Of a stretch of 64,000 nucleotides of DNA, positions 19,471 to 28,636 are shown piece after piece. The stretch's first letter is position 1. Every line of letters starts with the position of its first letter. The notes below the pieces were generated by a model, which did no database searches, was not told the DNA's origin, and worked only from the letters and a program-made list of their open reading frames with translations. The DNA comes from a candidate division FCPU426 bacterium (GTDB taxonomy: Bacteria > Oederibacteriota > Muellerivitia > Muellerivitales > Muellerivitaceae): NCBI GenBank assembly GCA_963847625.1, contig CAWKAR010000027.1, positions 257,707 through 321,706 on the forward strand, written 5' to 3'. Made by a program: the position numbers and the translations under genes.

Positions 19471-20517
19471 ATGCGAGGAATGAAACTTATTGCAGCCTTG
19501 GGGCTCGGAATTTTACTTTTGGCCGGTTGCGGGCAGAAGAACAAATACTCCCTGAGGATCGGCTTGTCCATGGACACCCTGCGCGCGCCGCGCTGGGCCC
19601 AGGACCGGGACGTTTTCACGGCCAAGTGCCGGGAGCTGGGGGCCGACGTCCTGGTGCAGTCCGCCGACTCCAACGACTCGCTCCAGAACTCGCAGGGCGA
19701 GAACCTCCTCACCGAGGGCATCCAGTGCCTGGTGGTCATCCCCCACAACGCCAAGAGCTGCGCCACGCTGGTGGCGGCCGCGCACAAGATGGGCGTGCCG
19801 GTGGTTTCCTACGACCGGCTGATCCTCGACGAGGACGTGGACGCCTACGTGTCCTTCGACAACATCAAGGTGGGGGAACTGCAGGCCTCCACCCTGGTCA
19901 ACATCAAGCCCCAGGGGAATTACGTTCTCATGGGCGGGGCGCCGACCGACTACAACGCCATATTGCTTCGGAAGGGGCAGAAGAACGTCCTGGACCCCCT
20001 AGTGAAGAAGGGCGACATCAAGATCGTGGGAGACCAGTGGTCCAACGACTGGCTGGCCGTGAACGCCCTGAAGAACATGGAAAACATCCTCACTCGCACC
20101 GACAACAAGGTGGACGCGGTGGTGGATTCCTACGACGGAACGGCGGGAGGGAGCATCCAGGCCCTGGCCGAGCAGAAGCTGGCGGGGAAGGTCCTGGTCT
20201 CGGGCCAGGACGCGGAATTGGCGGCCTGCCAGAGGATCATCGCGGGCACCCAGACCGTGACCGTGTACAAACCCGTCCGGTACCTGGCCGCCAAGGCGGC
20301 CGAGATCGCGGTGAAGCTCGCCAAGCACGAACCCATGCCCCCCACCACCCTCACCACCAACAACGGGAAGAAGGACGTGCCCAGCTATTTCCTGGACCCC
20401 ATCCCGGTCACCAAGGACAACATGGCGGACACGGTCATCGCGGACGGATTCCAGAAGATGGAGGAAGTTTACAAGGACGTTCCCAAGGACCAGTGGCCCC
20501 AGCCGAAGAAACAGTAA
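19471..20517 (+). CDS. xylF: D-xylose-type ABC substrate-binding lipoprotein
   Basis: LAGC lipobox, RWAQDR, SYDRLI, SFDN, PTDYNA, SGQDA. Confidence 0.8.
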   Translation: MRGMKLIAALGLGILLLAGCGQKNKYSLRIGLSMDTLRAPRWAQDRDVFTAKCRELGADVLVQSADSNDSLQNSQGENLLTEGIQCLVVIPHNAKSCATLVAAAHKMGVPVVSYDRLILDEDVDAYVSFDNIKVGELQASTLVNIKPQGNYVLMGGAPTDYNAILLRKGQKNVLDPLVKKGDIKIVGDQWSNDWLAVNALKNMENILTRTDNKVDAVVDSYDGTAGGSIQALAEQKLAGKVLVSGQDAELAACQRIIAGTQTVTVYKPVRYLAAKAAEIAVKLAKHEPMPPTTLTTNNGKKDVPSYFLDPIPVTKDNMADTVIADGFQKMEEVYKDVPKDQWPQPKKQ

Positions 20518-20582
20518 CAAAAGCCGGTAGAAACCTACGGCCTGCTTATTTTCCCCCCACCCGCTGGGATAACAGTGACGTA

Positions 20583-20679
20583 ATTTTGAATGTTAAATTT
20601 TTAATTTTAAATTGTGGTGTGATTTTCAGATTCTGAAAATCCTCAATTATTCATAATTTAAAACTTAGAATTTAAAATC
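20583..20679. repeat. AT-rich ~7-bp-periodic imperfect inverted repeat
   Basis: ATTTTGAATGTTAAATTTTTAATT... pairs with ...AATTTAAAACTTAGAATTTAAAAT. Confidence 0.6.
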
Positions 20680-20801
20680 GCCTTTATAGGGTTTCCCTTT
20701 CGCTTACTGATAATGTGAACTATCGGGCCATTTGGGTGATGCTCTCATGAAGGGGGCGCGTGTAGGCACGGCCCGGTATCCCTGTCTGAAAGGGCGGTAC
20801 C

Positions 20802-21120
20802 CCGGTAGAATTGGCCGGTACCCCAGTAGAAAAAGCCTGTAACCCAGTAGAAGAGCCAGTAGAAAAGATCGGTACCCGGTAGAAAAGGTCTGCACCCCGG
20901 TAGAAAGCCGGTAGAAACCGGTAGAAAAGTGGGTACCCCAGTAGAAGAGCCAGTAGAAAAAGCCGATACCCCGGTAGAAAAGCTCGGTGCCCCGGTAGAA
21001 AAAAGTCCGTACCCCAGTAGAAAAGGACGATACCCCGGTAGAAAAGCCAGTAGAACCCAGTAGAAAAGTCCGTACCCCAGTAGAAAAAGCCGGTACCCCG
21101 GTAGAAAGCCGGTAGAAAAG
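20802..21120. repeat. Array block 1: 19 x CCRGTAGAA
   Basis: Hand count; spacings of 20-22 or 10-12 bp. Confidence 0.95.
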
Positions 21121-21146
21121 GCCAATATCCCTGCCCGGTATGCCGC

Positions 21147-21318
21147 CTACTGGCATGGGTCGGAGCCACCGTCGGGCCCTACTAGCAGATTCGGCGGTAC
21201 CTAGTAGCAGATCCAGTGTACCTACTAGCAGGTTCCGGGGTGCCTAGTAGCAGGTTCGGCGGTACCTACTGGCAGATCGGGGTCGCCTACTGGCAGTTTC
21301 CGAGTCTTCTACTGGCAA
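21147..21318. repeat. Array block 2: 8 x CTASTRGCA
   Basis: Spacings 32,22,21,22,22,21,22. Confidence 0.93.
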
Positions 21319-21328
21319 GTTCCTCCAA

Positions 21329-21611
21329 ACCCATTAATCAGGACTTAACCCATTAAACGGAGCCGGGCCACCCGTTAAACGGGGCGGAACCCATTAAACG
21401 GAGCCAGACCAACCCATTAAACGGGGCGGAACCCATTAAACGGAGCCGGACCAACCCATAAAACGGGACGGAACCCATTAAACGGACCGGACCAACCCAT
21501 TAAACGGGGCGGAACCCATAAAACGGAACTGGGCTAATCCGTTAAACGGGGCGGAATCCATTAAACGGAACTGGGGTAACCTGTAAAACGGGACTTAACC
21601 CATTAAACAGG
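21329..21611. repeat. Array block 3: 14 x ACCCRTTAAACGG
   Basis: Spacing alternates 19 and 22-23 bp (dimer ~42 bp). Confidence 0.95.
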
Positions 21612-21683
21612 ATGCCCTGTGGGCACGTTCCGGCCCCACCCTTTCCGACAGGGCTTCCGACAGGCAGACCGTCTCGGGGCCGA

Positions 21684-21875
21684 AAACCCAGTTCACTAGG
21701 CCAGAAACCCGGTTCACTAAGCCAGAAACCCAGTTCACTGTGGCCGAAAACCCAGTTCACTGGGCCGAAAACCCGGTTTACTCGTGGGACTGCGCCCCTG
21801 TCCTTAGACACGTGCCGGAAACCCAGTTCACTAGGGCTGAAAACCCGGTTTACTCGGCTGAAAACCCAGTTCACT
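21684..21875. repeat. Array block 4: 8 x AAACCCRGTTYACT
   Basis: Spacings 21,21,22,21,50,22,21. Confidence 0.95.
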
Positions 21876-21885
21876 GGGGCCCCTT

Positions 21886-22036
21886 TCCGACAGGGCTTCC
21901 GACGGGAGAACCATCCCTTTCCGACGGGTGGGCTGTCCTGTCCGACGGGGTTGACTCAAATTCCGACGGCGGAAACGCTCCATTCCGACGGGGACGCCCA
22001 CTTTTCCGACGGGAGAACCGGCCTTTTTCGACGGGT
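21886..22036. repeat. Array block 5: 8 x TCCGACRGG (plus 2 copies at ~21644-21665)
   Basis: Spacings 12,22,21,21,22,21,22. Confidence 0.93.
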
Positions 22037-22137
22037 AAAACCTGATTCTCCAAAGAATTCCCGCCTTTTATTCCAGAACGGTAAAATATTGGTACTTCAA
22101 AGGTGATGAAGTTGGCATGCGGTGAGTTTATCGAACC

Positions 22138-22224
22138 GTTCGAGTCCAGCCCGGGGAGCCTTTTTAAACGTTTAGCTTACTCAGCGATGTTTCTAAAGGC
22201 GTCCACCACGGGGAGCCATTTAAA
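22138..22224 (+). repeat. Two tRNA-Asn-3'-end-like fragments (att-like)
   Basis: GTTCGAGTCCAGCCCGGGGAGCC and GTCCACCACGGGGAGCCA; no tRNA 5' half present. Confidence 0.7.
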
Positions 22225-22460
22225 GAAATTTGGGTCAGGATAAAACTCAATACTAAAAATATTTTAGAATTCCCAGAACATATTACGAATTATATTAAAA
22301 AATTCTCTCGATGATTTGGACCTGTTTAACCCCAGCTTCTCCCCCCAATTTCTTCCGCGAAGTTCCAACTTGAGTTCCGATGGGAATGATATAATGCGCC
22401 CCAATCATCCGCCCGGGCCGATGGCAACACCGCCCCGGAATCCCGGTGAGGGAGCCTCCC

Positions 22461-24377
22461 GTGCCCAAGTATTATTGGGTTTTTGTTTTGATCCTGCTGG
22501 CGGCCGCGTTGGGATTGATGCCCACCGCCTGCGCCAACAACGGCCATCCAACGTCTCCAACCATACCACCCACCGCCACTTTCACGCCCACGGACACCTC
22601 CACCTCCACGGCCTGCCTGAATGCCCAGGGGACCCCCTGTTCTACCACCCCGACTTTCACATCCACGCCGACTTGCACCTTCACTGCCACCGCCACCCCC
22701 ACCCATTCCCCCACTTACACCTTGACTCCCACTATTACCAATACTCCAACGATCACTTTCACCCCTACTGCCACGCGAACGCCGTCCCTGACCTTCACGA
22801 TCACCTTCACCCGCACATCCACCCCTACCAACACTTCAACGCCCGGCTTACCGAACGGCATTTTACTTGGATCTTCCTTCGCCCGCGTCGCGGTGGATAT
22901 GGGATCGCCGGTCACGGTCATGGTTGTCGTGGTGCTTCTGGACGTCAACAAGGTGCCGGAGACTACCGCGGCGGTTAGCCTGGTAACGGGAGGTGCTCCG
23001 GTTATCGTGCCTTTCAATAGTGTCACGACCACCGGGGGAAACAGCTACGCCTTGTACCAAACTACCGCTTCCTGGACCTACACGCCGGGCCAGGTCTACA
23101 CCATCGGGGTCTCTACCTCCATCGGCAACGCTTCGGGTTCATCGGTGGCTCCCGGCGGTATCACGGACGCCCCGGACGGTTCCCAGACTTCCTGGATGGT
23201 GGAAGGGAATGACGACAGTGTCAACGTCCAGCAACAGCCCGGCGGCATCAGCGTATACAAACAGGGACCGGACGTCGATTCCCCGCAGGCCATTCCCAGT
23301 ACGGTTTATTCCGCGCCGGCCAGTTATACTCTCTCGACTTCCTGCATGAATATTGTGACCACCTTAACCGGCGCCGCGCCAGGTTCGTCCGTGATTGCTT
23401 TGGACACTCTTTCAAAGTTATACAATTTCGCCCCCACCTCCACCCCCACTATTACACCTTCTGTTTTATACACGGCTACTAACAGCCCGACTGTAACTAT
23501 TACGGGAACCCCCACTCACACGCCCACCAATGCCCCTACCAGTACCCCCACCAACTCCCTTTCAGTTTTCGTAACTATCGGTGGTTCCGGCCCACCCGCC
23601 AACTTTGTCATTCCGTGGGGGATCAAATATAGAAACGGGGATTTGTGGGTTGTGGAGGACTACAACAAGAATCTTCAGGAATGGACCACCGCCGGTGTCC
23701 AATTGCTTGGGCCCATTTCCGTTTATGGTTCCCCTTCGACCGCGTTTAATTATCCGCGGCAAGACGCAATCGACCCGGTAACGGGTAACGTTTATGTGGC
23801 GGATTATTTTAACAGCCGAATTGTGGTATTCGATTCCAATGGAAACTTTTTGACCACTTTCGGCCAAACCGAGTTTGGCTCAGGGTTTCCCACTGGCGTG
23901 GGAGTGAACTCAACTGGAACGACGGTTTACACAATGGATGGCACGGCCAAGGCGGTTTACAGCTATACCATAGGGGGCACGCCTTCCAGCCCGACGTTTA
24001 CCAACCCGGCCACTATCATTACCGGGTTATACATTCCGGCGAGTTTGTCCTTGGACAGCGCGGATAACATTTATGAGTCGGACTATTCGGGGTTTAGGGT
24101 CTTGAAATTCCCCCCGTTAGGCGGGAGCGCCTCCCAAACTTTCACGGCTCCCGGCCATCCTGGTTTTACCCCGAACGACGCGACGATCGACCCCGCGGGT
24201 AATGTTTACGTTGTAGACGTAGGCAATCATAACATCGTGGAATTTAACGCCGCAGGCACGGTCATAGGCCAATTTGGAGAAGGGACATTAATTTCTCCCG
24301 AAGGAATCACTAACGACGGGGCGGGTAATATTTATGTGTCTGAGGCCAATCAATGGAGGATCGTCGGATTCCATTAA
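22461..24377 (+). CDS. Lipoprotein with Thr/Pro stalks and C-terminal NHL-repeat propeller
   Basis: PTAC lipobox-like site, TPT repeats, GNVYVAD..N.RI NHL repeats. Confidence 0.85.
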   Translation: MPKYYWVFVLILLAAALGLMPTACANNGHPTSPTIPPTATFTPTDTSTSTACLNAQGTPCSTTPTFTSTPTCTFTATATPTHSPTYTLTPTITNTPTITFTPTATRTPSLTFTITFTRTSTPTNTSTPGLPNGILLGSSFARVAVDMGSPVTVMVVVVLLDVNKVPETTAAVSLVTGGAPVIVPFNSVTTTGGNSYALYQTTASWTYTPGQVYTIGVSTSIGNASGSSVAPGGITDAPDGSQTSWMVEGNDDSVNVQQQPGGISVYKQGPDVDSPQAIPSTVYSAPASYTLSTSCMNIVTTLTGAAPGSSVIALDTLSKLYNFAPTSTPTITPSVLYTATNSPTVTITGTPTHTPTNAPTSTPTNSLSVFVTIGGSGPPANFVIPWGIKYRNGDLWVVEDYNKNLQEWTTAGVQLLGPISVYGSPSTAFNYPRQDAIDPVTGNVYVADYFNSRIVVFDSNGNFLTTFGQTEFGSGFPTGVGVNSTGTTVYTMDGTAKAVYSYTIGGTPSSPTFTNPATIITGLYIPASLSLDSADNIYESDYSGFRVLKFPPLGGSASQTFTAPGHPGFTPNDATIDPAGNVYVVDVGNHNIVEFNAAGTVIGQFGEGTLISPEGITNDGAGNIYVSEANQWRIVGFH

Positions 24378-24458
24378 TCCTGGAACAAATTTGGGGCCGG
24401 AAAACCTCAACCGTCTTCAGGTAAACCCTTAGTTCAAAATTAAAGAAAGAGTTTTTTT

Positions 24459-25184
24459 ATGGAAAAAAAACATAACGGCGTTTTATACCTGCTCCTGGTT
24501 TTGGTCCCAATCCTATCCATCGGTTGCAGTTCCGGGAACAACCCTGCCTCCCCCTCGGGTTCCGTCACCCCCGATCCGAACGGCCCGATCATCGAGGCTT
24601 TTGTCGCCAACCTAGACATGGTCAGCGTCAATGTCGGCATATTCACCTCAGTCTTCATCGTGGACAACGCCGGCAACCCCGTCACGACTGCGTCCGTGAC
24701 GCTGGTCACCCCCGGGGGCTCTTATCCTGCCACTTACACGGGCGTATCCGTGTCAAATCCCCCGCCCAATTGCGGCATCACGGCCATTACCGGCGGGCAT
24801 TACGCGGGAAACGCGGTCTATGCGGGGGGGCAAAACTGTACTTTTAAAGTGGGCATCGGCGCGAATACCTATACCGGGAACTTCACGACCGTGAACGGCT
24901 CGGCCGGCGTTACCACGGGTCCCAGCGGGGTGACCTTCACCTGGACCGGCGGGGGAAACGAGAATTTCATCTCGGTTATTGGGAACGACACCCTTCAATA
25001 CGGCCCTAGTCCCGCCATTTCATCCCCTTATATCATCCCGGCCGCTAATTTCGTGAACGACCCGGCCGGGAGCGGAAACGACACCGTGGGACTATGGCTG
25101 TTCCAGACGAAGATTCCGGCTTTTTCCGGCTGCAAGGCTTCGTCGGTGGCGGGTTCGTTCATCGTCAAGGGGCTTGATTACTGA
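24459..25184 (+). CDS. Hypothetical lipoprotein
   Basis: SIGC lipobox; beta-rich domain resembling the middle of the upstream protein. Confidence 0.8.
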   Translation: MEKKHNGVLYLLLVLVPILSIGCSSGNNPASPSGSVTPDPNGPIIEAFVANLDMVSVNVGIFTSVFIVDNAGNPVTTASVTLVTPGGSYPATYTGVSVSNPPPNCGITAITGGHYAGNAVYAGGQNCTFKVGIGANTYTGNFTTVNGSAGVTTGPSGVTFTWTGGGNENFISVIGNDTLQYGPSPAISSPYIIPAANFVNDPAGSGNDTVGLWLFQTKIPAFSGCKASSVAGSFIVKGLDY

Positions 25185-25276
25185 GAGGACCCGCCCCGGA
25201 TTGGGCTGGGCCATTTGCAGTGGTTTTTTGAAAACTCTTCCACCTAGTCACCCTCCCCGATTTTTTCCGCGAAGTT

Positions 25277-26026
25277 CTATTGTTTCATCAAATTGTTAAA
25301 CGCGGTCCCGCTCAGCCCCTTGGCGATGTCATAGTAGCCGGTGGCATAACCGCCTTCGGTTGTGATGATATTGGCCTGCCAAAGCGTGCTTCCATCCTGG
25401 GTGGATACCAGGAAATACTCCAGCGCGACCACCCTCTGCCTGCCCTTGTTCTTGAATAGGCTCATATCCCTTTCGATGATGGAACGCCTGCCCCGATAGT
25501 TGATTTTGCGGCCCTTCTGGTTTTCCCGGATATTGAGGGAGCAGGCAAAGTCAGCGTAGTAGTCGATGAGGACGATCAAGGCATAAGGGCGGTCCCCGCA
25601 AAACTTGGCAATTTGGGGGTTGTAAAGGTACTTGGCCGGGCTTAACACGTGCATGAGAAGGGCATTCTGGTAGGTTTCGTTGAAAGGGACCGCGTCCAAG
25701 GACAGGTTCATCTCCGTGGCTTTTTCCTGGAGGGACTGGTTTGTTTCATTGACGGCCTGGACTTTTTCCGCCACGAAATACGGTTTGCCTTTGATGCCCA
25801 AGAAATCGCTTTGCTTGGAGGCCAAAAACCTGGTATCCGATCCGTTTTCGTGGACTCTCAAGGGGTTGAAATAACTCCCCATGTAGGCGATGTGCCCGTT
25901 CGGGATGTCGAAGCCATCCGCACGGTAATAAAACCCGTTTCCAAGGACGCGGTTGGGGAAGAAGCCCGCAGATATAAACAACAAACAAAACACCGCTAGT
26001 TTTTTCATATCCATTCCTCCGGCCAT
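25277..26026 (-). CDS. Secreted hypothetical protein
   Basis: MKKLAVFCLLF signal; 249-aa ORF. Confidence 0.7.
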   Translation of the reverse strand: MAGGMDMKKLAVFCLLFISAGFFPNRVLGNGFYYRADGFDIPNGHIAYMGSYFNPLRVHENGSDTRFLASKQSDFLGIKGKPYFVAEKVQAVNETNQSLQEKATEMNLSLDAVPFNETYQNALLMHVLSPAKYLYNPQIAKFCGDRPYALIVLIDYYADFACSLNIRENQKGRKINYRGRRSIIERDMSLFKNKGRQRVVALEYFLVSTQDGSTLWQANIITTEGGYATGYYDIAKGLSGTAFNNLMKQ

Positions 26027-26168
26027 ATTCGCGGTAAAATTGACGTCTCATTTTATTGGGTTCTTCCCAATCCCGATACGCCAAATTGAAGATTGGAAGG
26101 ATAGGTGTTTGCCGGTTTGGTTCTTAATTGAAGCGCGGATAGAATGCCTATATTCCCCGGGGGAACCA

Positions 26169-27284
26169 GTGAGAAATTCAAAATCCATTTTAACCAAGGT
26201 TGGGTTGCCGATATTGCTGGGGGCTGTGGGAATCCTGGGTTTGAAAACTCCGGCGTTGGCCCAGGGGGCCCCGGTTACTTCCTGCGATCAATGGGCTTGG
26301 ATTTCCATCGGATCCAATATCGCCGCGACCGACTATTGGAACCTGGCGTCCTGCCCCGGCACGCAATGCGTGGTTTTCGACAGCGTCACCGGGGATTTCA
26401 CGGTGTACGCGGGGAATTTTAACTGCGGCCAAAACGTGGCCTCTTATCCCTCCATTAATTACGGCTGCTTTTGGGGAATGTGCAGTCCCGGCACCAACCT
26501 TCCCATACTTGTCAGTAACCTCCAATGCGTCACCAGCAGTTGGAATTTTACCCCCACCTATACCGGCCTTTGGGACGCGTCCTACGATATCTGGTTCTAC
26601 CCCACCTACGATACGAGCAACGGGCCCGCCGGGGGGGCCGAGTTGATGATCTGGCTGGATTACATGAATGGGACCATCGCCGGGGCCCAAATGGCGGCCA
26701 CCCACGTTTCCATCGACGGAAATTATTGGGACGTTTCCATCGGGGGGACGCCCGATTGGAATTATGTCGCCTATCTCGCCAACACCCACGTCACCTCCTT
26801 CAACGACGAGGACCTCCTGGCTTTCATCCGCGACAGCGTGGCCCGGGGCTATATCCAAACCTCCTGGTACCTTTCGGCTATCGATGCGGGAAACGAGTTC
26901 AGGACGGCGGGGGTGCCCTTTACTAGCCGGGGGTTCAACGCCACGGTGAATTCCGTTTCCTGCGGAACCCCCACGACCATGCCGACCCCACCCAACATCC
27001 AACGGGATATTCTGTGGCCCAATCCCTGGGACGGGAGCCGTCCGGTCTCCATTTTCCATACCCTTACGACGCCCGCCGACTCGGTGCGTTTAAAAGTTTA
27101 TACCGTGTCTTTCCGGAAAATTTTTGAAAGCGGCGGCCTGGCATCAGGCGCCGGGCGGCAAACCTACAGCCTGTCCTGGAACCAGTTGGGCAATGTCGCC
27201 AATGGGCTTTATTACCTGGTGGTGGAGGAAGCCCGGGAAGGGAAGGTCACCCGCACAATCCTGAAAACGCTTATCCGCCGGTAA
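26169..27284 (+). CDS. GH12 endoglucanase with CTD-like C-terminus
   Basis: ASYPSI, WDASYDIW, AELMIWL, WYLSAIDAGNE; WPNP..ANGLY..KTLIRR. Confidence 0.88.
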   Translation: MRNSKSILTKVGLPILLGAVGILGLKTPALAQGAPVTSCDQWAWISIGSNIAATDYWNLASCPGTQCVVFDSVTGDFTVYAGNFNCGQNVASYPSINYGCFWGMCSPGTNLPILVSNLQCVTSSWNFTPTYTGLWDASYDIWFYPTYDTSNGPAGGAELMIWLDYMNGTIAGAQMAATHVSIDGNYWDVSIGGTPDWNYVAYLANTHVTSFNDEDLLAFIRDSVARGYIQTSWYLSAIDAGNEFRTAGVPFTSRGFNATVNSVSCGTPTTMPTPPNIQRDILWPNPWDGSRPVSIFHTLTTPADSVRLKVYTVSFRKIFESGGLASGAGRQTYSLSWNQLGNVANGLYYLVVEEAREGKVTRTILKTLIRR

Positions 27285-27324
27285 TTTTGGGGCCAACCCT
27301 CAACACTTAAAGGTTTTTGAAAAT

Positions 27325-27960
27325 TTCTCCACGACCAGCGGAGCCTATCAGACCGCTTATGACGGCAATGGCGACGCAATCTTGGCGGAGTTGAACCCCT
27401 CCGGAAGCAATCTACTCTATTCGACCTACATGGGCGGAAGTACGGGGGATGGAGGTGCTGGCATCGCGGTGGATTCGTCTGGGAATGCCTATATGACGGG
27501 TTCTGCCTCCGATACAGATTTCCCCATTACAAGCGGGTCTTACCAGACGGTTTTCGAGGGATATCAAGATGCCTTTGTGGCGAAGTTTACTTTTCCTACC
27601 CCAACACCGACGCAGACCGTGGCTCCCACGCTGACCATCACACCCATGGCAACCTCAACACCGCTTCCGTCCTGCGACGAATTCTACGTCTCGGGAAACG
27701 CATTCTCCCCATCCCAAGAGCCTGTCTCGATCTATGTTTCCTATTGCAAGTATCCTGGCAATTATTCATTGCGGATTTATAATTCGGCCGGGGAACACAT
27801 CAAAACCCTTGATGAGAAACATCTGGAAGCGCCAATTGAGGCATCTTACCTTTGGGACGGGAAGAACAAATTCGGCGCTTCCTGCGCGAACGGGGTTTAT
27901 ATTCTTTACCTAGTCGAGCCTTATAACCGACAAATTAAAAGGGTTCTTCTACTGAAGTAA
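27325..27960 (+). pseudogene. 5'-truncated SBBP-repeat protein with Thr/Pro stalk and FlgD-Ig CTD
   Basis: LLYSTYMGG..GIAVDSSGNAY; no signal peptide or plausible start. Confidence 0.75.
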
Positions 27961-28263
27961 GTTTATTCCATAGTTAATGAAAACTTTTCCAGCGGTTTCG
28001 AACTGATTCACCCCAGTCTCTCCCCCCGAATTTATTCCGCGACATTCCATAGTTGTCCGTCTACTACCGTCATCACAATGAACATACAAGGGACATAGGT
28101 TTCCAGCCTAAATCTTTTTGATCCGTGGGTTTAATCACGGCTTTTGGATTAAAAGCCAAAATTCACCGTCACGATTATTTGCACAAAAACGTTCCCCTTC
28201 CCGCCCAAGACCTTTCCACCCCTGTTTTTATCATTTGTTTATGCGAATGACATTACCAACCTT

Positions 28264-28357
28264 CACCATTCACCTGGTGCCAACTGCTTACGGCAGTTGG
28301 TACAACCAAATCTTGCCGTTCGCCTTGTGGGCTCACGGCAGGTGTGGGTGAATGGCG
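28264..28357. ncRNA. Candidate three-way-junction structured element
   Basis: P1 CACCATTCACC/GGTGAATGGCG, P2 TGCCAACTGC/GCAGTTGGTA, P3 CTTGCCGT/ACGGCAGG. Confidence 0.45.
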
Positions 28358-28636
28358 GGTAAAACCTCGCCCACGAAGTTGAAAAATGCAACTGAAAAAA
28401 CGAATTTATAAGCCGGAATGGTTCTTTCCCTTGGATGGCTTAAATTTTGTTTTATTTTTTTAAAAACCGGGCGTTTTTCCCAGCCAGATCGCCGGGGAAT
28501 AACCTCAGAATTTTTTTTATAATTGGGAAAAGTAGTGGTATGCTTATAAAAGAGTTTTTCTTCATATGGCCTGAAAGCCACCCGGCACTCCAAAGCAACA
28601 AACCAACCATCAAACAATTCCGAAGGGAGAACCATT

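Noticed and set aside
14483..20636. Long antisense or alternate-frame ORFs (e.g. 14483-16024 minus, 19413-20636 plus)
   Set aside because: Shadow ORFs of high-GC3 genes with no recognisable motifs.
20802..22036. CRISPR array
   Set aside because: Cores (9-14 bp) and linkers (0-13 bp) are far too short, motifs change between blocks, and there are no cas genes.
20704..22106. ORFs over the repeat mosaic (FSTG/FYRG/ENPV repeats)
   Set aside because: Several overlapping frames are open only because the repeats lack stops on that strand; indels shift the repeat phase repeatedly.
22100..22220. Complete tRNA gene (also considered at 5230-5306)
   Set aside because: Only T-arm/acceptor-like 3' parts are present; no D or anticodon arm, and no pairing 5' acceptor strand.
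13960..27960. Diversity-generating retroelement TR/VR pair between the similar C-terminal domains
   Set aside because: Differences are mostly synonymous and not adenine-specific; no reverse transcriptase present.
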